A DNA stretch of 64,000 nucleotides from Eledone cirrhosa (Eukaryota). Under the pieces are notes generated by a model that saw only the letters and a list, made by a program, of their open reading frames with translations, was not told the DNA's origin and searched no databases. The stretch is from the NCBI GenBank assembly GCA_964016885.1, contig OZ024744.1:4340001-4404000 (forward strand), written 5' to 3'. A program made the translations under genes and the position numbers. Shown piece after piece: positions 41,430-55,650 of the stretch; positions within the stretch are counted from its first letter, which is position 1, and the number at the start of each line of letters is the position of its first letter.

Positions 41430-42890
41430 AGACAAGGTAGAGAAAGATAGCTTGATGAAGAACGAAGTTTTTGGGGAAGACAATGTAGAGAAAGATAGCT
41501 TGGTGACGAACGAAGTCTTGAGGGAAGACAAGATAGAGAAAGATAGCTTGATGAAGAACGAACGATGTTTTGAGGGAAGACAAAGTAGAGAAAGATAGCT
41601 TGGTGAAGAACGAAGTTTTGAGGGAAGACAAGGAATAGAAAGATAGCTTGATCAAGAACGAAGTTTTGAGGGAAGACAAGGTAGAGAAAGATAGCTTGGT
41701 GAAGAACGAAGTTTTGAGGGAAGACAAGGTAGAGAAGGATAGCTTGTGAAGAACGAAGTTTTGGGGGAAGACAAGGTAGAGAAAGATAGCTTGGTGAAGA
41801 ACGAACGAAGTTTTGAGGGAAGACAAGGTAGAGAAAGATAGCTTGGTGAAGAACGACGTTTCGAGGGAAGACAAAGTAGAGAACGATAGCTTGATGAAGA
41901 ACGGAGTTTTGAGGGAAGACAAGATAGAGAAAGATAGCTTGGTGAAGAACGAAGTTTTGAGGAAAGACAAGGTAGAGAAAGATAGTTTGGTGAAGAACGG
42001 AGTTTTGGGGGAAAAAAAGGTAGGGAAAGATAGCTTGGTGAAGAACGAAGTTTTGAGGGAAGACAAGGTAGAGAAAGATAGCTTGGTGAAGAACGAAATT
42101 TTGAGGGAAGACAAGGTAGAGAAAGATAGCTTGGTGAAGAACGAAGTTTTGAGGGAAGACAAGGTAGAGAAAGATAGCTTGATGAAGAACGAAGTTTTTG
42201 GGGAAGACAATGTAGAGAAAGATAGCTTGGTGACGAACGAAGTCTTGAGGGAAGACAAGATAGAGAAAGATAGCTTGATGAAGAACGAACGATGTTTTGA
42301 GGGAAGACAAAGTAGAGAAAGATAGCTTGGTGAAGAACGAAGTTTTGAGGGAAGACAAGGAATAGAAAGATAGCTTGATCAAGAACGAAGTTTTGAGGGA
42401 AGACAAGGTAGAGAAAGATAGCTTGGTGAAGAACGAAGTTTTGAGGGAAGACAAGGTAGAGAAGGATAGCTTGTGAAGAACGAAGTTTTGGGGGAAGACA
42501 AGGTAGAGAAAGATAGCTTGGTGAAGAACGAACGAAGTTTTGAGGGAAGACAAGGTAGAGAAAGATAGCTTGGTGAAGAACGACGTTTCGAGGGAAGACA
42601 AAGTAGAGAACGATAGCTTGATGAAGAACGGAGTTTTGAGGGAAGACAAGATAGAGAAAGATAGCTTGGTGAAGAACGAAGTTTTGAGGAAAGACAAGGT
42701 AGAGAAAGATAGTTTGGTGAAGAACGGAGTTTTGGGGGAAAAAAAGGTAGGGAAAGATAGCTTGGTGAAGAACGAAGTTTTGAGGGAAGACAAGGTAGAG
42801 AAAGATAGCTTGGTGAAGAACGAAATTTTGAGGGAAGACAAGGTAGAGAAAGATAGCTTGGTGAAGAACGAAGTTTTGAGGGAAGACAAG
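41430..42890. repeat. Tandem duplication, 727-bp period (15 monomers)
   Basis: Offset 41813/42540 equals 727 (15x48+7). Both copies share 'gtttttgggg' (~41467, ~42194) and 'aaggaatag' (~41630, ~42357). Confidence 0.85.
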
Positions 42891-45800
42891 GTAGATAAAG
42901 ATAGCTTGGTGAGGAACGAAGTTTTGGGGGAAGACAGGGTAGAGAAAGATAGCTTGGTGAAGAACGAAGTTTTGAGGGAAGACAAGGTAGAGAAAGAGAG
43001 CTTGGTGAAGAACGAAGTTTTAAGAGAAGAATGGGTAGAGAAAGATAGCTTGGTGAAGAACGACGTTTTGAGGGAAGACAAGGTAGCGAAAGATAGCTTG
43101 GTGAAGAACGACGTTTTGTGGGAAGACAAGGTAGAGAGAGATAGCTTGGTGAAGAACGAAGTTTTGTGGGAAGACAAGGTAGAGAAAGATAGCTTGGTGA
43201 AGAACGAAGTTTTGGGGGTAGACAAGGTAGAGAAAGATAGCTTGTTGAAGAACGAAGTTTTGGGGGAAGACAATGTAGAGAAAGATATCTTGGTGAAGAA
43301 CGACGTTTTAAGGGAAGACAAGGTAGAGAAAGATAGCTTGATGAAGAACGAAGTTTTGTGGGAAGACAAGGTAGAGAAAGATAGCTTGGTTAAGAACGAC
43401 GTTTTGAGGGAAGACAAGGTAGAGAAAGATAGCTTGGTGACGAACGAAGTCTTGAGGGAAGACAAGGTAGAGAAAGATAGCTTGATGAAGAACGAACGAT
43501 GTTTTGAGGGAAGACAAAGTAGAGAAAGATAGCTTGATGAAGAACGAAGTTTTGAGGGAAGACAAAGTAGAGAACGATAGCTTGATGAAGAACGGAGTTT
43601 TGAGGGAAGACAAGATAGAGAAAGATAGCTTGGTGAAGAACGAAGTTTTGAGGGAAGACAAGGTAGAGAAAGATAGCTTGGTGAAGAACGAAGTTTTGAT
43701 GGAAGACAAGGTATAGAAAGATAGCTTGATCAAGAACGAAGTTTTGAGGGAAGACAAGGTAGAGAAAGATAGCTTGGTGAAGAACGAAGTTTTGAGGGAA
43801 GACAAGGTAGAGAAGGATAGCTTGTGAAGAACGAAGTTTTGGGGGAAGACAAGTTAGAGAAAGATAGCTTGGTGAAGAACGAACGAAGTTTTGAGGGAAG
43901 ACAAGGTAGAGAAAGATAGCTTGGTGACGAACGACGTTTCGAGGGAAGACAAAGTAGAGAACGATAGCTTGATGAAGAACGGAGTTTTGAGGGAAGACAA
44001 GATAGAGAAAGATAGCTTGGTGAAGAACGAAGTTTTGAGGGAAGACAAGGTAGAGAAAGATAGTTTGGTGAAGAACGGAGTTTTGGGGGAAAAAAAGGTA
44101 GAGAAAGATAGCTTGGTGAAGAACGAAGTTTTGAGGGAAGACAAGGTAGAGAAAGATAGCTTGGTGAGGAACGAAGTTTTGGGGGAAGACAGGGTTGAGA
44201 AAGATAGCCTGGTGAAGAACGAAGTTTTGAGGGAAGACAAGGTAGAGAAAGAGAGCTTGGTGAAGAACGAAGTTTTGAGAGAAGAATGGGTAGAGAAAGA
44301 TAGCTTGGTGAAGAACGACGTTTTGAGGGAAGACAAGGTAGGGAAAGATAGCTTGGTGAAGAACGACGTTTTGTGGGAAGACAAGGTAGAGAAAGATAGC
44401 TTGATGAAGAACGAAGTTTTGGGGGAAGACAATGTAGAGAAAGATAGCTTGGTGACGAACGAAGTCTTGAGGGAAGACAAGATAGAGAAAGATAGCTTGA
44501 TGAAGAACGAACGATGTTTTGAGGGAAGACAAAGTAGAGAAAGATAGCTTGGTGAAGAACGAAGTTTTGAGGGAAGACAAGGAATAGAAAGATAGCTTGA
44601 TCAAGAACGAAGTTTTGAGGGAAGACAAGGTAGAGAAAGATAGCTTGGTGAAGAACGAAGTTTTGAGGGAAGACAAGGTAGAGAAGGATAGCTTGTGAAG
44701 AACGAAGTTTTGGGGGAAGACAAGGTAGAGAAAGATAGCTTGGTGAAGAACGAACGATGTTTTGAGGGAAGACAAAGTAGAGAAAGATAGCTTGATGAAG
44801 AACGAAGTTTTGCAGGAAGGCAAGGTAGAGAAAGATAGCTTGGTGAATAACGAAGTTTTGAGGGAAGACAAGGTAGAGAAAGATAGCTTGGTGAAGAACG
44901 ATGTTCTGGGGGAAGACAAGGTAGAGAAAGATAGCTTGGTGAAGAACGAAGTTTTGAGGGAAGACAAGGTAGAGAAAGATAGCTTGGTGAAGAACGAAGT
45001 TTTGAGGGAAGACAAGGTAGAGAAAGATAGCTTGGTGAATAACGAAGTTTTGAGGGAAGACAAGGTAGAGAAAGATAGCTTGGTGAAGAACGAACGAAGT
45101 TTTGAGGGAAGACAAGGTAGAGAAAGATAGCTTGGTGAAGAACGACGTTTTGAGGGAAGACAAAGTAGAGAACGATAGCTTGATGAAGAACGGAGTTTTG
45201 AGGGAAGACAAGATAGAGAAAGATAGCTTGGTGAAGAACGAAGTTTTGAGGGAAGACAAGGTAGAGAAAGATAGCTTGGTGAAGAACGAAGTTTTGATGG
45301 AAGACAAGGTATAGAAAGATAGCTTGATCAAGAACGAAGTTTTGAGGGAAGACAAGGTAGAGAAAGATAGCTTGGTGAAGAACGAAGTTTTGAGGGAAGA
45401 CAAGGTAGAGAAGGATAGCTTGTGAAGAACGAAGTTTTGGGGGAAGACAAGTTAGAGAAAGATAGCTTGGTGAAGAACGAACGAAGTTTTGAGGGAAGAC
45501 AAGGTAGAGAAAGATAGCTTGGTGACGAACGACGTTTCGAGGGAAGACAAAGTAGAGAACGATAGCTTGATGAAGAACGGAGTTTTGAGGGAAGACAAGA
45601 TAGAGAAAGATAGCTTGGTGAAGAACGAAGTTTTGAGGGAAGACAAGGTAGAGAAAGATAGTTTGGTGAAGATCGGAGTTTTGGGGGAAAAAAAGGTAGA
45701 GAAAAATAGCTTTGTGAAGAACGAAGTTTTGAGGGAAGACAAGGTAGAGAAAGATAGCTTGGTGAGGAACGAAGTTTTGGGGGAAGACAGGGTTGAGAAA

Positions 45801-47599
45801 GATAGCCTGGTGAAGAACGAAGTTTTGAGGGAAGACAAGGTAGAGAAAGAGAGCTTGGTGAAGAACGAAGTTTTGAGAGAAGAATGGGTAGAGAAAGATA
45901 GCTTGGTGAAGAACGACGTTTTGAGGGAAGACAAGGTAGGGAAAGATAGCTTGGTGAAGAACGACGTTTTGTGGGAAGACAAGGTAGAGAAAGATAGCTT
46001 GATGAAGAACGAAGTTTTGGGGGAAGACAATGTAGAGAAAGATAGCTTGGTGACGAACGAAGTCTTGAGGGAAGACAAGATAGAGAAAGATAGCTTGATG
46101 AAGAACGAACGATGTTTTGAGGGAAGACAAAGTAGAGAAAGATAGCTTGGTGAAGAACGAAGTTTTGAGGGAAGACAAGGAATAGAAAGATAGCTTGATC
46201 AAGAACGAAGTTTTGAGGGAAGACAAGGTAGAGAAAGATAGCTTGGTGAAGAACGAAGTTTTGAGGGAAGACAAGGTAGAGAAGGATAGCTTGTGAAGAA
46301 CGAAGTTTTGGGGGAAGACAAGGTAGAGAAAGATAGCTTGGTGAAGAACGAACGAAGTTTTGAGGGAAGACAAGGTAGAGAAAGATAGCTTGGTGAAGAA
46401 CGACGTTTCGAGGGAAGACAAAGTAGAGAACGATAGCTTGATGAAGAACGGAGTTTTGAGGGAAGACAAGATAGAGAAAGATAGCTTGGTGAAGAACGAA
46501 GTTTTGAGGAAAGACAAGGTAGAGAAAGATAGTTTGGTGAAGAACGGAGTTTTGGGGGAAAAAAAGGTAGGGAAAGATAGCTTGGTGAAGAACGAAGTTT
46601 TGAGGGAAGACAAGGTAGAGAAAGATAGCTTGGTGAAGAACGAAATTCTGAGGGAAGACAAGGTAGAGAAAGATAGCTTGGTGAAGAACGAAGTTTTGAG
46701 GGAAGACAAGGTAGAGAAAGATAGCTTGGTGAGGAACGAAGTTTTGGGGGAAGACAGGGTAGAGAAAGATAGCTTGGTGAAGAACGAAGTTTTGGGGGTA
46801 GACAAGGTAGAGAAAGATAGCTTGTGAAGAACGAAGTTTTGGGGGAAGACAAGGTAGAGAAAGATATCTTGGTGAAGAACGACGTTTTGAGGGAAGACAA
46901 GGTAGAGAAAGATAGCTTGGTGAAGAACGAAGTTTTGAGGGAAGACAAGGTAGATAAAGATAGCTTGGTGAGGAACGAAGTTTTGGGGGAAGACAGGGTA
47001 GAGAAAGATAGCTTGGTGAAGAACGAAGTTTTGAGGGAAGACAAGGTAGAGAAAGAGAGCTTGGTGAAGAACGAAGTTTTAAGAGAAGAATGGGTAGAGA
47101 AAGATAGCTTGGTGAAGAACGACGTTTTGAGGGAAGACAAGGTAGCGAAAGATAGCTTGGTGAAGAACGACGTTTTGTGGGAAGACAAGGTAGAGAGAGA
47201 TAGCTTGGTGAAGAACGAAGTTTTGTGGGAAGACAAGGTAGAGAAAGATAGCTTGGTGAAGAACGAAGTTTTGGGGGTAGACAAGGTAGAGAAAGATAGC
47301 TTGGTGAAGAACGAAGTTTTGGGGGAAGACAATGTAGAGAAAGATATCTTGGTGAAGAACGACGTTTTAAGGGAAGACAAGGTAGAGAAAGATAGCTTGA
47401 TGAAGAACGAAGTTTTGTGGGAAGACAAGGTAGAGAAAGATAGCTTGGTTAAGAACGACGTTTTGAGGGAAGACAAGGTAGAGAAAGATAGCTTGGTGAC
47501 GAACGAAGTCTTGAGGGAAGACAAGGTAGAGAAAGATAGCTTGATGAAGAACGAACGATGTTTTGAGGGAAGACAAAGTAGAGAAAGATAGCTTGATGA

Positions 47600-50500
47600 A
47601 GAACGAAGTTTTGAGGGAAGACAAAGTAGAGAACGATAGCTTGATGAAGAACGGAGTTTTGAGGGAAGACAAGATAGAGAAAGATAGCTTGGTGAAGAAC
47701 GAAGTTTTGAGGGAAGACAAGGTAGAGAAAGATAGCTTGGTGAAGAACGAAGTTTTGATGGAAGACAAGGTATAGAAAGATAGCTTGATCAAGAACGAAG
47801 TTTTGAGGGAAGACAAGGTAGAGAAAGATAGCTTGGTGAAGAACGAAGTTTTGAGGGAAGACAAGGTAGAGAAGGATAGCTTGTGAAGAACGAAGTTTTG
47901 GGGGAAGACATGTTAGAGAAAGATAGCTTGGTGAAGAACGAACGAAGTTTTGAGGGAAGACAAGGTAGAGAAAGATAGCTTGGTGACGAACGACGTTTCG
48001 AGGGAAGACAAAGTAGAGAACGATAGCTTGATGAAGAACGGAGTTTTGAGGGAAGACAAGATAGAGAAAGATAGCTTGGTGAAGAACGAGGTTTTGAGGG
48101 AAGACAAGGTAGAGAAAGATAGTTTGGTGAAGAACGGAGTTTTGGGGGAAAAAAAGGTAGAGAAAGATAGCTTGGTGAAGAACGAAGTTTTGAGGGAAGA
48201 CAAGGTAGAGAAAGATAGCTTGGTGAGGAACGAAGTTTTGGGGGAAGACAGGGTTGAGAAAGATAGCCTGGTGAAGAACGAAGTTTTGAGGGAAGACAAG
48301 GTAGAGAAAGAGAGATTGGTGAAGAACGAAGTTTTGAGAGAAGAATGGGTAGAGAAAGATAGCTTGGTGAAGAACGACGTTTTGAGGGAAGACAAGGTAG
48401 GGAAAGATAGCTTGGTGAAGAACGACGTTTTGTGGGAAGACAAGATAGAGAAAGATAGCTTGATGAAGAACGAAGTTTTGGGGGAAGACAATGTAGAGAA
48501 AGATAGCTTGGTGACGAACGAAGTCTTGAGGGAAGACAAGATAGAGAAAGATAGCTTGATGAAGAACGAACGATGTTTTGAGGGAAGACAAAGTAGAGAA
48601 AGATAGCTTGGTGAAGAACGAAGTTTTGAGGGAAGACAAGGAATAGAAAGATAGCTTGATCAAGAACGAAGTTTTGAGGGAAGACAAGGTAGAGAAAGAT
48701 AGCTTGGTGAAGAACGAAGTTTTGAGGGAAGACAAGGTAGAGAAGGATAGCTTGTGAAGAACGAAGTTTTGGGGGAAGACAAGGTAGAGAAAGATAGCTT
48801 GGTGAAGAACGAACGAAGTTTTGAGGGAAGACAAGGTAGAGAAAGATAGCTTGGTGAAGAACGACGTTTCGAGGGAAGACAAAGTAGAGAACGATAGCTT
48901 GATGAAGAACGGAGTTTTGAGGGAAGACAAGATAGAGAAAGATAGCTTGGTGAAGAACGAAGTTTTGAGGAAAGACAAGGTAGAGAAAGATAGTTTGGTG
49001 AAGAACGGAGTTTTGGGGGAAAAAAAGGTAGGGAAAGATAGCTTGGTGAAGAACGAAGTTTTGAGGGAAGACAAGGTAGAGAAAGATAGCTTGGTGAAGA
49101 ACGAAATTCTGAGGGAAGACAAGGTAGAGAAAGATAGCTTGGTGAAGAACGAAGTTTTGAGGGAAGACAAGGTAGAGAAAGATAGCTTGGTGAGGAACGA
49201 AGTTTTGGGGGAAGACAGGGTAGAGAAAGATAGCTTGGTGAAGAACGAAGTTTTGGGGGTAGACAAGGTAGAGAAAGATAGCTTGTGAAGAACGAAGTTT
49301 TGGGGGAAGACAAGGTAGAGAAAGATATCTTGGTGAAGAACGACGTTTTGAGGGAAGACAAGGTAGAGAAAGATAGCTTGGTGAAGAACGAAGTTTTGAG
49401 GGAAGACAAGGTAGAGAAAGATAGCTTGGTGAAGAACGAAATTCTGAGGGAAGACAAGGTAGAGAAAGATAGCTTGGTGAATAACGAAGTTTTGAGGGAA
49501 GACAAGGTAGAGAAAGATAGCTTGGTGAAGAACGATGTTCTGGGGGAAGACAAGGTAGAGAAAGATAGCTTGGTGAAGAACGAAGTTTTGAGGGAAGACA
49601 AGGTAGAGAAAGATAGCTTGGTGAAGAACGAAGTTTTGAGGGAAGACAAGGTAGAGAAAGATAGCTTGGTGAATAACGAAGTTTTGAGGGAAGACAAGGT
49701 AGAGAAAGATAGCTTGGTGAAGAACGACGTTTTGAGGGAAGACAAAGTAGAGAACGATAGCTTGATGAAGAACGGAGTTTTGAGGGAAGACAAGATAGAG
49801 AAAGATAGCTTGGTGAAGAACGAAGTTTTGAGGGAAGACAAGGTAGAGAAAGATAGCTTGGTGAAGAACGAAGTTTTGATGGAAGACAAGGTATAGAAAG
49901 ATAGCTTGATCAAGAACGAAGTTTTGAGGGAAGACAAGGTAGAGAAAGATAGCTTGTTGAAGAACGAAGTTTTAAGAGAAGAATGGGTAGAGAAAGATAG
50001 CTTGGTGAAGAACGACGTTTTGAGGGAAGACAAGGTAGCGAAAGATAGCTTGGTGAAGAACGAGGTTTTGGGGGTAGACAAGGTAGAGAAAGATAGCTTG
50101 GTGAAGAACGAAGTTTTGGGGGAAGACAAGGTAGAGAAAGATAGCTTGGTGAAGAACGACGTTTTGAGGGAAGACAAGGTAGAGAAAGATAGCTTGATGA
50201 AGAACGAAGTTTTGTGGGAAGACAAGGTAGAGAAAGATAGCTTGGTTAAGAACGACGTTTTGAGGGAAGACAAGGTAGAGAAAGATAGCTTGATGAAGAA
50301 CGAAGTTTTGGGGGAAGACAATGTAGAGAAAGATAGCTTGGTGACGAACGAAGTCTTGAGGGAAGACAAGGTAGAGAAAGATAGCTTGATGAAGAACGAA
50401 CGATGTTTTGAGGGAAGACAAAGTAGAGAAAGATAGCTTGATGAAGAACGAAGTTTTGCAGGAAGGCAAGGTAGAGAAAGATAGCTTGGTGAATAACGAA

Positions 50501-53500
50501 GTTTTGAGGGAAGACAAGGTAGAGAAAGATAGCTTGGTGAAGAACGATGTTCTGGGGGAAGACAACGTAGAGAAAGATAGCTTGGTGAAGAACGAAGTTT
50601 TGAGGGAAGACAAGGTAGAGAAAGATAGCTTGGTGAAGAACGAAGTTTTGAGGGAAGACAAGGTAGAGAAAGATAGCTTGGTGAATAACGAAGTTTTGAG
50701 GGAAGACAAGGTAGAGAAAGATAGCTTGGTGAAGAACGAACGAAGTTTTGAGGGAAGACAAGGTAGAGAAAGATAGCTTGGTGAAGAACGACGTTTTGAG
50801 GGAAGACAAAGTAGAGAACGATAGCTTGATGAAGAACGGAGTTTTGAGGGAAGACAAGATAGAGAAAGATAGCTTGGTGAAGAACGAAGTTTTGAGGGAA
50901 GACAAGGTAGAGAAAGATAGCTTGGTGAAGAACGAAGTTTTGATGGAAGACAAGGTATAGAAAGATAGCTTGATCAAGAACGAAGTTTTGAGGGAAGACA
51001 AGGTAGAGAAAGATAGCTTGGTGAAGAACGAAGTTTTGAGGGAAGACAAGGTAGAGAAGGATAGCTTGTGAAGAACGAAGTTTTGGGGGAAGACAAGTTA
51101 GAGAAAGATAGCTTGGTGAAGAACGAACGAAGTTTTGAGGGAAGACAAGGTAGAGAAAGATAGCTTGGTGACGAACGACGTTTCGAGGGAAGACAAAGTA
51201 GAGAACGATAGCTTGATGAAGAACGGAGTTTTGAGGGAAGACAAGATAGAGAAAGATAGCTTGGTGAAGAACGAAGTTTTGAGGGAAGACAAGGTAGAGA
51301 AAGATAGTTTGGTGAAGAACGGAGTTTTTGGGGAAAAAAAGGTAGAGAAAGATAACTTGGTGAAGAACGAAGTTTTGAGGGAAGACAAGGTAGAGAAAGA
51401 TAGCTTGGTGAGGAACGAAGTTTTGGGGGAAGACAGGGTTGAGAAAGATAGCCTGGTGAAGAACGAAGTTTTGAGGGAAGACAAGGTAGAGAAAGAGAGC
51501 TTGGTGTAGAACGAAGTTTTGAGAGAAGAATGGGTAGAGAAAGATAGCTTGGTGAAGAACGACGTTTTGAGGGAAGACAAGGTAGGGAAAGATAGCTTGG
51601 TGAAGAACGACGTTTTGTGGGAAGACAAGGTAGAGAAAGATAGCTTGATGAAGAACGAAGTTTTGGGGGAAGACAATGTAGAGAAAGATAGCTTGGTGAC
51701 GAACGAAGTCTTGAGGGAAGACAAGATAGAGAAAGATAGCTTGATGAAGAACGAACGATGTTTTGAGGGAAGACAAAGTAGAGAAAGATAGCTTGGTGAA
51801 GAACGAAGTTTTGAGGGAAGACAAGGAATAGAAAGATAGCTTGATCAAGAACGAAGTTTTGAGGGAAGACAAGGTAGAGAAAGATAGCTTGGTGAAGAAC
51901 GAAGTTTTGAGGGAAGACAAGGTAGAGAAGGATAGCTTGTGAAGAACGAAGTTTTGGGGGAAGACAAGGTAGAGAAAGATAGCTTGGTGAAGAACGAACG
52001 AAGTTTTGAGGGAAGACAAGGTAGAGAAAGATAGCTTGGTGAAGAACGACGTTTCGAGGGAAGACAAAGTAGAGAACGATAGCTTGATGAAGAACGGAGT
52101 TTTGAGGGAAGACAAGATAGAGAAAGATAGCTTGGTGAAGAACGAAGTTTTGAGGAAAGACAAGGTAGAGAAAGATAGTTTGGTGAAGAACGGAGTTTTG
52201 GGGGAAAAAAAGGTAGGGAAAGATAGCTTGGTGAAGAACGAAGTTTTGAGGGAAGACAAGGTAGAGAAAGATAGCTTGGTGAAGAACGAAATTCTGAGGG
52301 AAGACAAGGTAGAGAAAGATAGCTTGGTGAAGAACGAAGTTTTGAGGGAAGACAAGGTAGAGAAAGATAGCTTGGTGAGGAACGAAGTTTTGGGGGAAGA
52401 CAGGGTAGAGAAAGATAGCTTGGTGAAGAACGAAGTTTTGGGGGTAGACAAGGTAGAGAAAGATAGCTTGTGAAGAACGAAGTTTTGGGGGAAGACAAGG
52501 TAGAGAAAGATATCTTGGTGAAGAACGACGTTTTGAGGGAAGACAAGGTAGAGAAAGATAGCTTGGTGAAGAACGATGTTTTGAGGGAAGACAAGGTAGA
52601 GAAAGATAGCTTGGTGAAGAACGAAATTCTGAGGGAAGACAAGGTAGAGAAAGATAGCTTGGTGAATAACGAAGTTTTGAGGGAAGACAAGGTAGAGAAA
52701 GATAGCTTGGTGAAGAACGATGTTCTGGGGGAAGACAAGGTAGAGAAAGATAGCTTGGTGAAGAACGAAGTTTTGAGGGAAGACAAGGTAGAGAAAGATA
52801 GCTTGGTGAAGAACGAAGTTTTGAGGGAAGACAAGGTAGAGAAAGATAGCTTGGTGAATAACGAAGTTTTGAGGGAAGACAAGGTAGAGAAAGATAGCTT
52901 GGTGAAGAACGACGTTTTGAGGGAAGACAAAGTAGAGAACGATAGCTTGATGAAGAACGGAGTTTTGAGGGAAGACAAGATAGAGAAAGATAGCTTGGTG
53001 AAGAACGAAGTTTTGAGGGAAGACAAGGTAGAGAAAGATAGCTTGGTGAAGAACGAAGTTTTGATGGAAGACAAGGTATAGAAAGATAGCTTGATCAAGA
53101 ACGAAGTTTTGAGGGAAGACAAGGTAGAGAAAGATAGCTTGTTGAAGAACGAAGTTTTAAGAGAAGAATGGGTAGAGAAAGTTAGCTTGGTGAAGAACGA
53201 CGTTTTGAGGGAAGACAAGGTAGCGAAAGATAGCTTGGTGAAGAACGAGGTTTTGGGGGTAGACAAGGTAGAGAAAGATAGCTTGGTGAAGAACGAAGTT
53301 TTGGGGGAAGACAAGGTAGAGAAAGATAGCTTGGTGAAGAACGACGTTTTGAGGGAAGACAAGGTAGAGAAAGATAGCTTGATGAAGAACGAAGTTTTGT
53401 GGGAAGACAAGGTAGAGAAAGATAGCTTGGTTAAGAACGACGTTTTGAGGGAAGACAAGGTAGAGAAAGATAGCTTGATGAAGAACGAAGTTTTGGGGGA

Positions 53501-55650
53501 AGACAATGTAGAGAAAGATAGCTTGGTGACGAACGAAGTCTTGAGGGAAGACAAGGTAGAGAAAGATAGCTTGATGAAGAACGAACGATGTTTTGAGGGA
53601 AGACAAAGTAGAGAAAGATAGCTTGATGAAGAACGAAGTTTTGCAGGAAGGCAAGGTAGAGAAAGATAGCTTGGTGAATAACGAAGTTTTGAGGGAAGAC
53701 AAGGTAGAGAAAGATAGCTTGGTGAAGAACGATGTTCTGGGGGAAGACAAGGTAGAGAAAGATAGCTTGGTGAAGAACGAAGTTTTGAGGGAAGACAAGG
53801 TAGAGAAAGATAGCTTGGTGAAGAACGAAGTTTTGAGGGAAGACAAGGTAGAGAAAGATAGCTTGGTGAATAACGAAGTTTTGAGGGAAGACAAGGTAGA
53901 GAAAGATAGCTTGGTGAAGAACGAACGAAGTTTTGAGGGAAGACAAGGTAGAGAAAGATAGCTTGGTGAAGAACGACGTTTTGAGGGAAAACAAAGTAGA
54001 GAACGATAGCTTGATGAAGAACGGAGTTTTGAGGGAAGACAAGATAGAGAAAGATAGCTTGGTGAAGAACGAAGTTTTGAGGGAAGACAAGGTAGAGAAA
54101 GATAGCTTGGTGAAGAACGAAGTTTTGATGGAAGACAAGGTATAGAAAGATAGCTTGATCAAGAACGAAGTTTTGAGGGAAGACAAGGTAGAGAAAGATA
54201 GCTTGGTGAAGAACGAAGTTTTGAGGGAAGACAAGGTAGAGAAGGATAGCTTGTGAAGAACGAAGTTTTGGGGGAAGACAAGTTAGAGAAAGATAGCTTG
54301 GTGAAGAACGAACGAAGTTTTGAGGGAAGACAAGGTAGAGAAAGATAGCTTGGTGACGAACGACGTTTCGAGGGAAGACAAAGTAGAGAACGATAGCTTG
54401 ATGAAGAACGGAGTTTTGAGGGAAGACAAGATAGAGAAAGATAGCTTGGTGAAGAACGAAGTTTTGAGGGAAGACAAGGTAGAGAAAGATAGTTTGGTGA
54501 AGAACGGAGTTTTTGGGGAAAAAAAGGTAGAGAAAGATAACTTGGTGAAGAACGAAGTTTTGAGGGAAGACAAGGTAGAGAAAGATAGCTTGGTGAGGAA
54601 CGAAGTTTTGGGGGAAGACAGGGTTGAGAAAGATAGCCTGGTGAAGAACGAAGTTTTGAGGGAAGACAAGGTAGAGAAAGAGAGCTTGGTGTAGAACGAA
54701 GTTTTGAGAGAAGAATGGGTAGAGAAAGATAGCTTGGTGAAGAACGACGTTTTGAGGGAAGACAAGGTAGGGAAAGATAGCTTGGTGAAGAACGACGTTT
54801 TGTGGGAAGACAAGGTAGAGAAAGATAGCTTGATGAAGAACGAAGTTTTGGGGGAAGACAATGTAGAGAAAGATAGCTTGGTGACGAACGAAGTCTTGAG
54901 GGAAGACAAGATAGAGAAAGATAGCTTGATGAAGAACGAACGATGTTTTGAGGGAAGACAAAGTAGAGAAAGATAGCTTGGTGAAGAACGAAGTTTTGAG
55001 GGAAGACAAGGAATAGAAAGATAGCTTGATCAAGAACGAAGTTTTGAGGGAAGACAAGGTAGAGAAAGATAGCTTGGTGAAGAACGAAGTTTTGAGGGAA
55101 GACAAGGTAGAGAAGGATAGCTTGTGAAGAACGAAGTTTTGGGGGAAGACAAGGTAGAGAAAGATAGCTTGGTGAAGAACGAACGAAGTTTTGAGGGAAG
55201 ACAAGGTAGAGAAAGATAGCTTGGTGAAGAACGACGTTTCGAGGGAAGACAAAGTAGAGAACGATAGCTTGATGAAGAACGGAGTTTTGAGGGAAGACAA
55301 GATAGAGAAAGATAGCTTGGTGAAGAACGAAGTTTTGAGGAAAGACAAGGTAGAGAAAGATAGTTTGGTGAAGAACGGAGTTTTGGGGGAAAAAAAGGTA
55401 GGGAAAGATAGCTTGGTGAAGAACGAAGTTTTGAGGGAAGACAAGGTAGAGAAAGATAGCTTGGTGAAGAACGAAATTTTGAGGGAAGACAAGGTAGAGA
55501 AAGATAGCTTGGTGAAGAACGAAGTTTTGAGGGAAGACAAGGTAGAGAAAGATAGCTTGGTGAGGAACGAAATTTTGGGGGAAGACAGGGTAGAGAAAGA
55601 TAGCTTGGTGAAGAACGAAGTTTTTGGGGTAGACAAGGTAGAGAAAGATA
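47600..55650. repeat. Higher-order repeat, 3185-bp period (66 monomers), ~2.5 near-identical copies
   Basis: Offsets 47950/51135/54320, 48821/52006/55191, 49285/52470, 49906/53091 and 50408/53593 all equal 3185 (66x48+17: five +4 and three -1 monomers). Private variants 'gataacttgg' (~51351, ~54536) and 'gtgtagaac' (~51504, ~54689) are shared. Confidence 0.9.
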
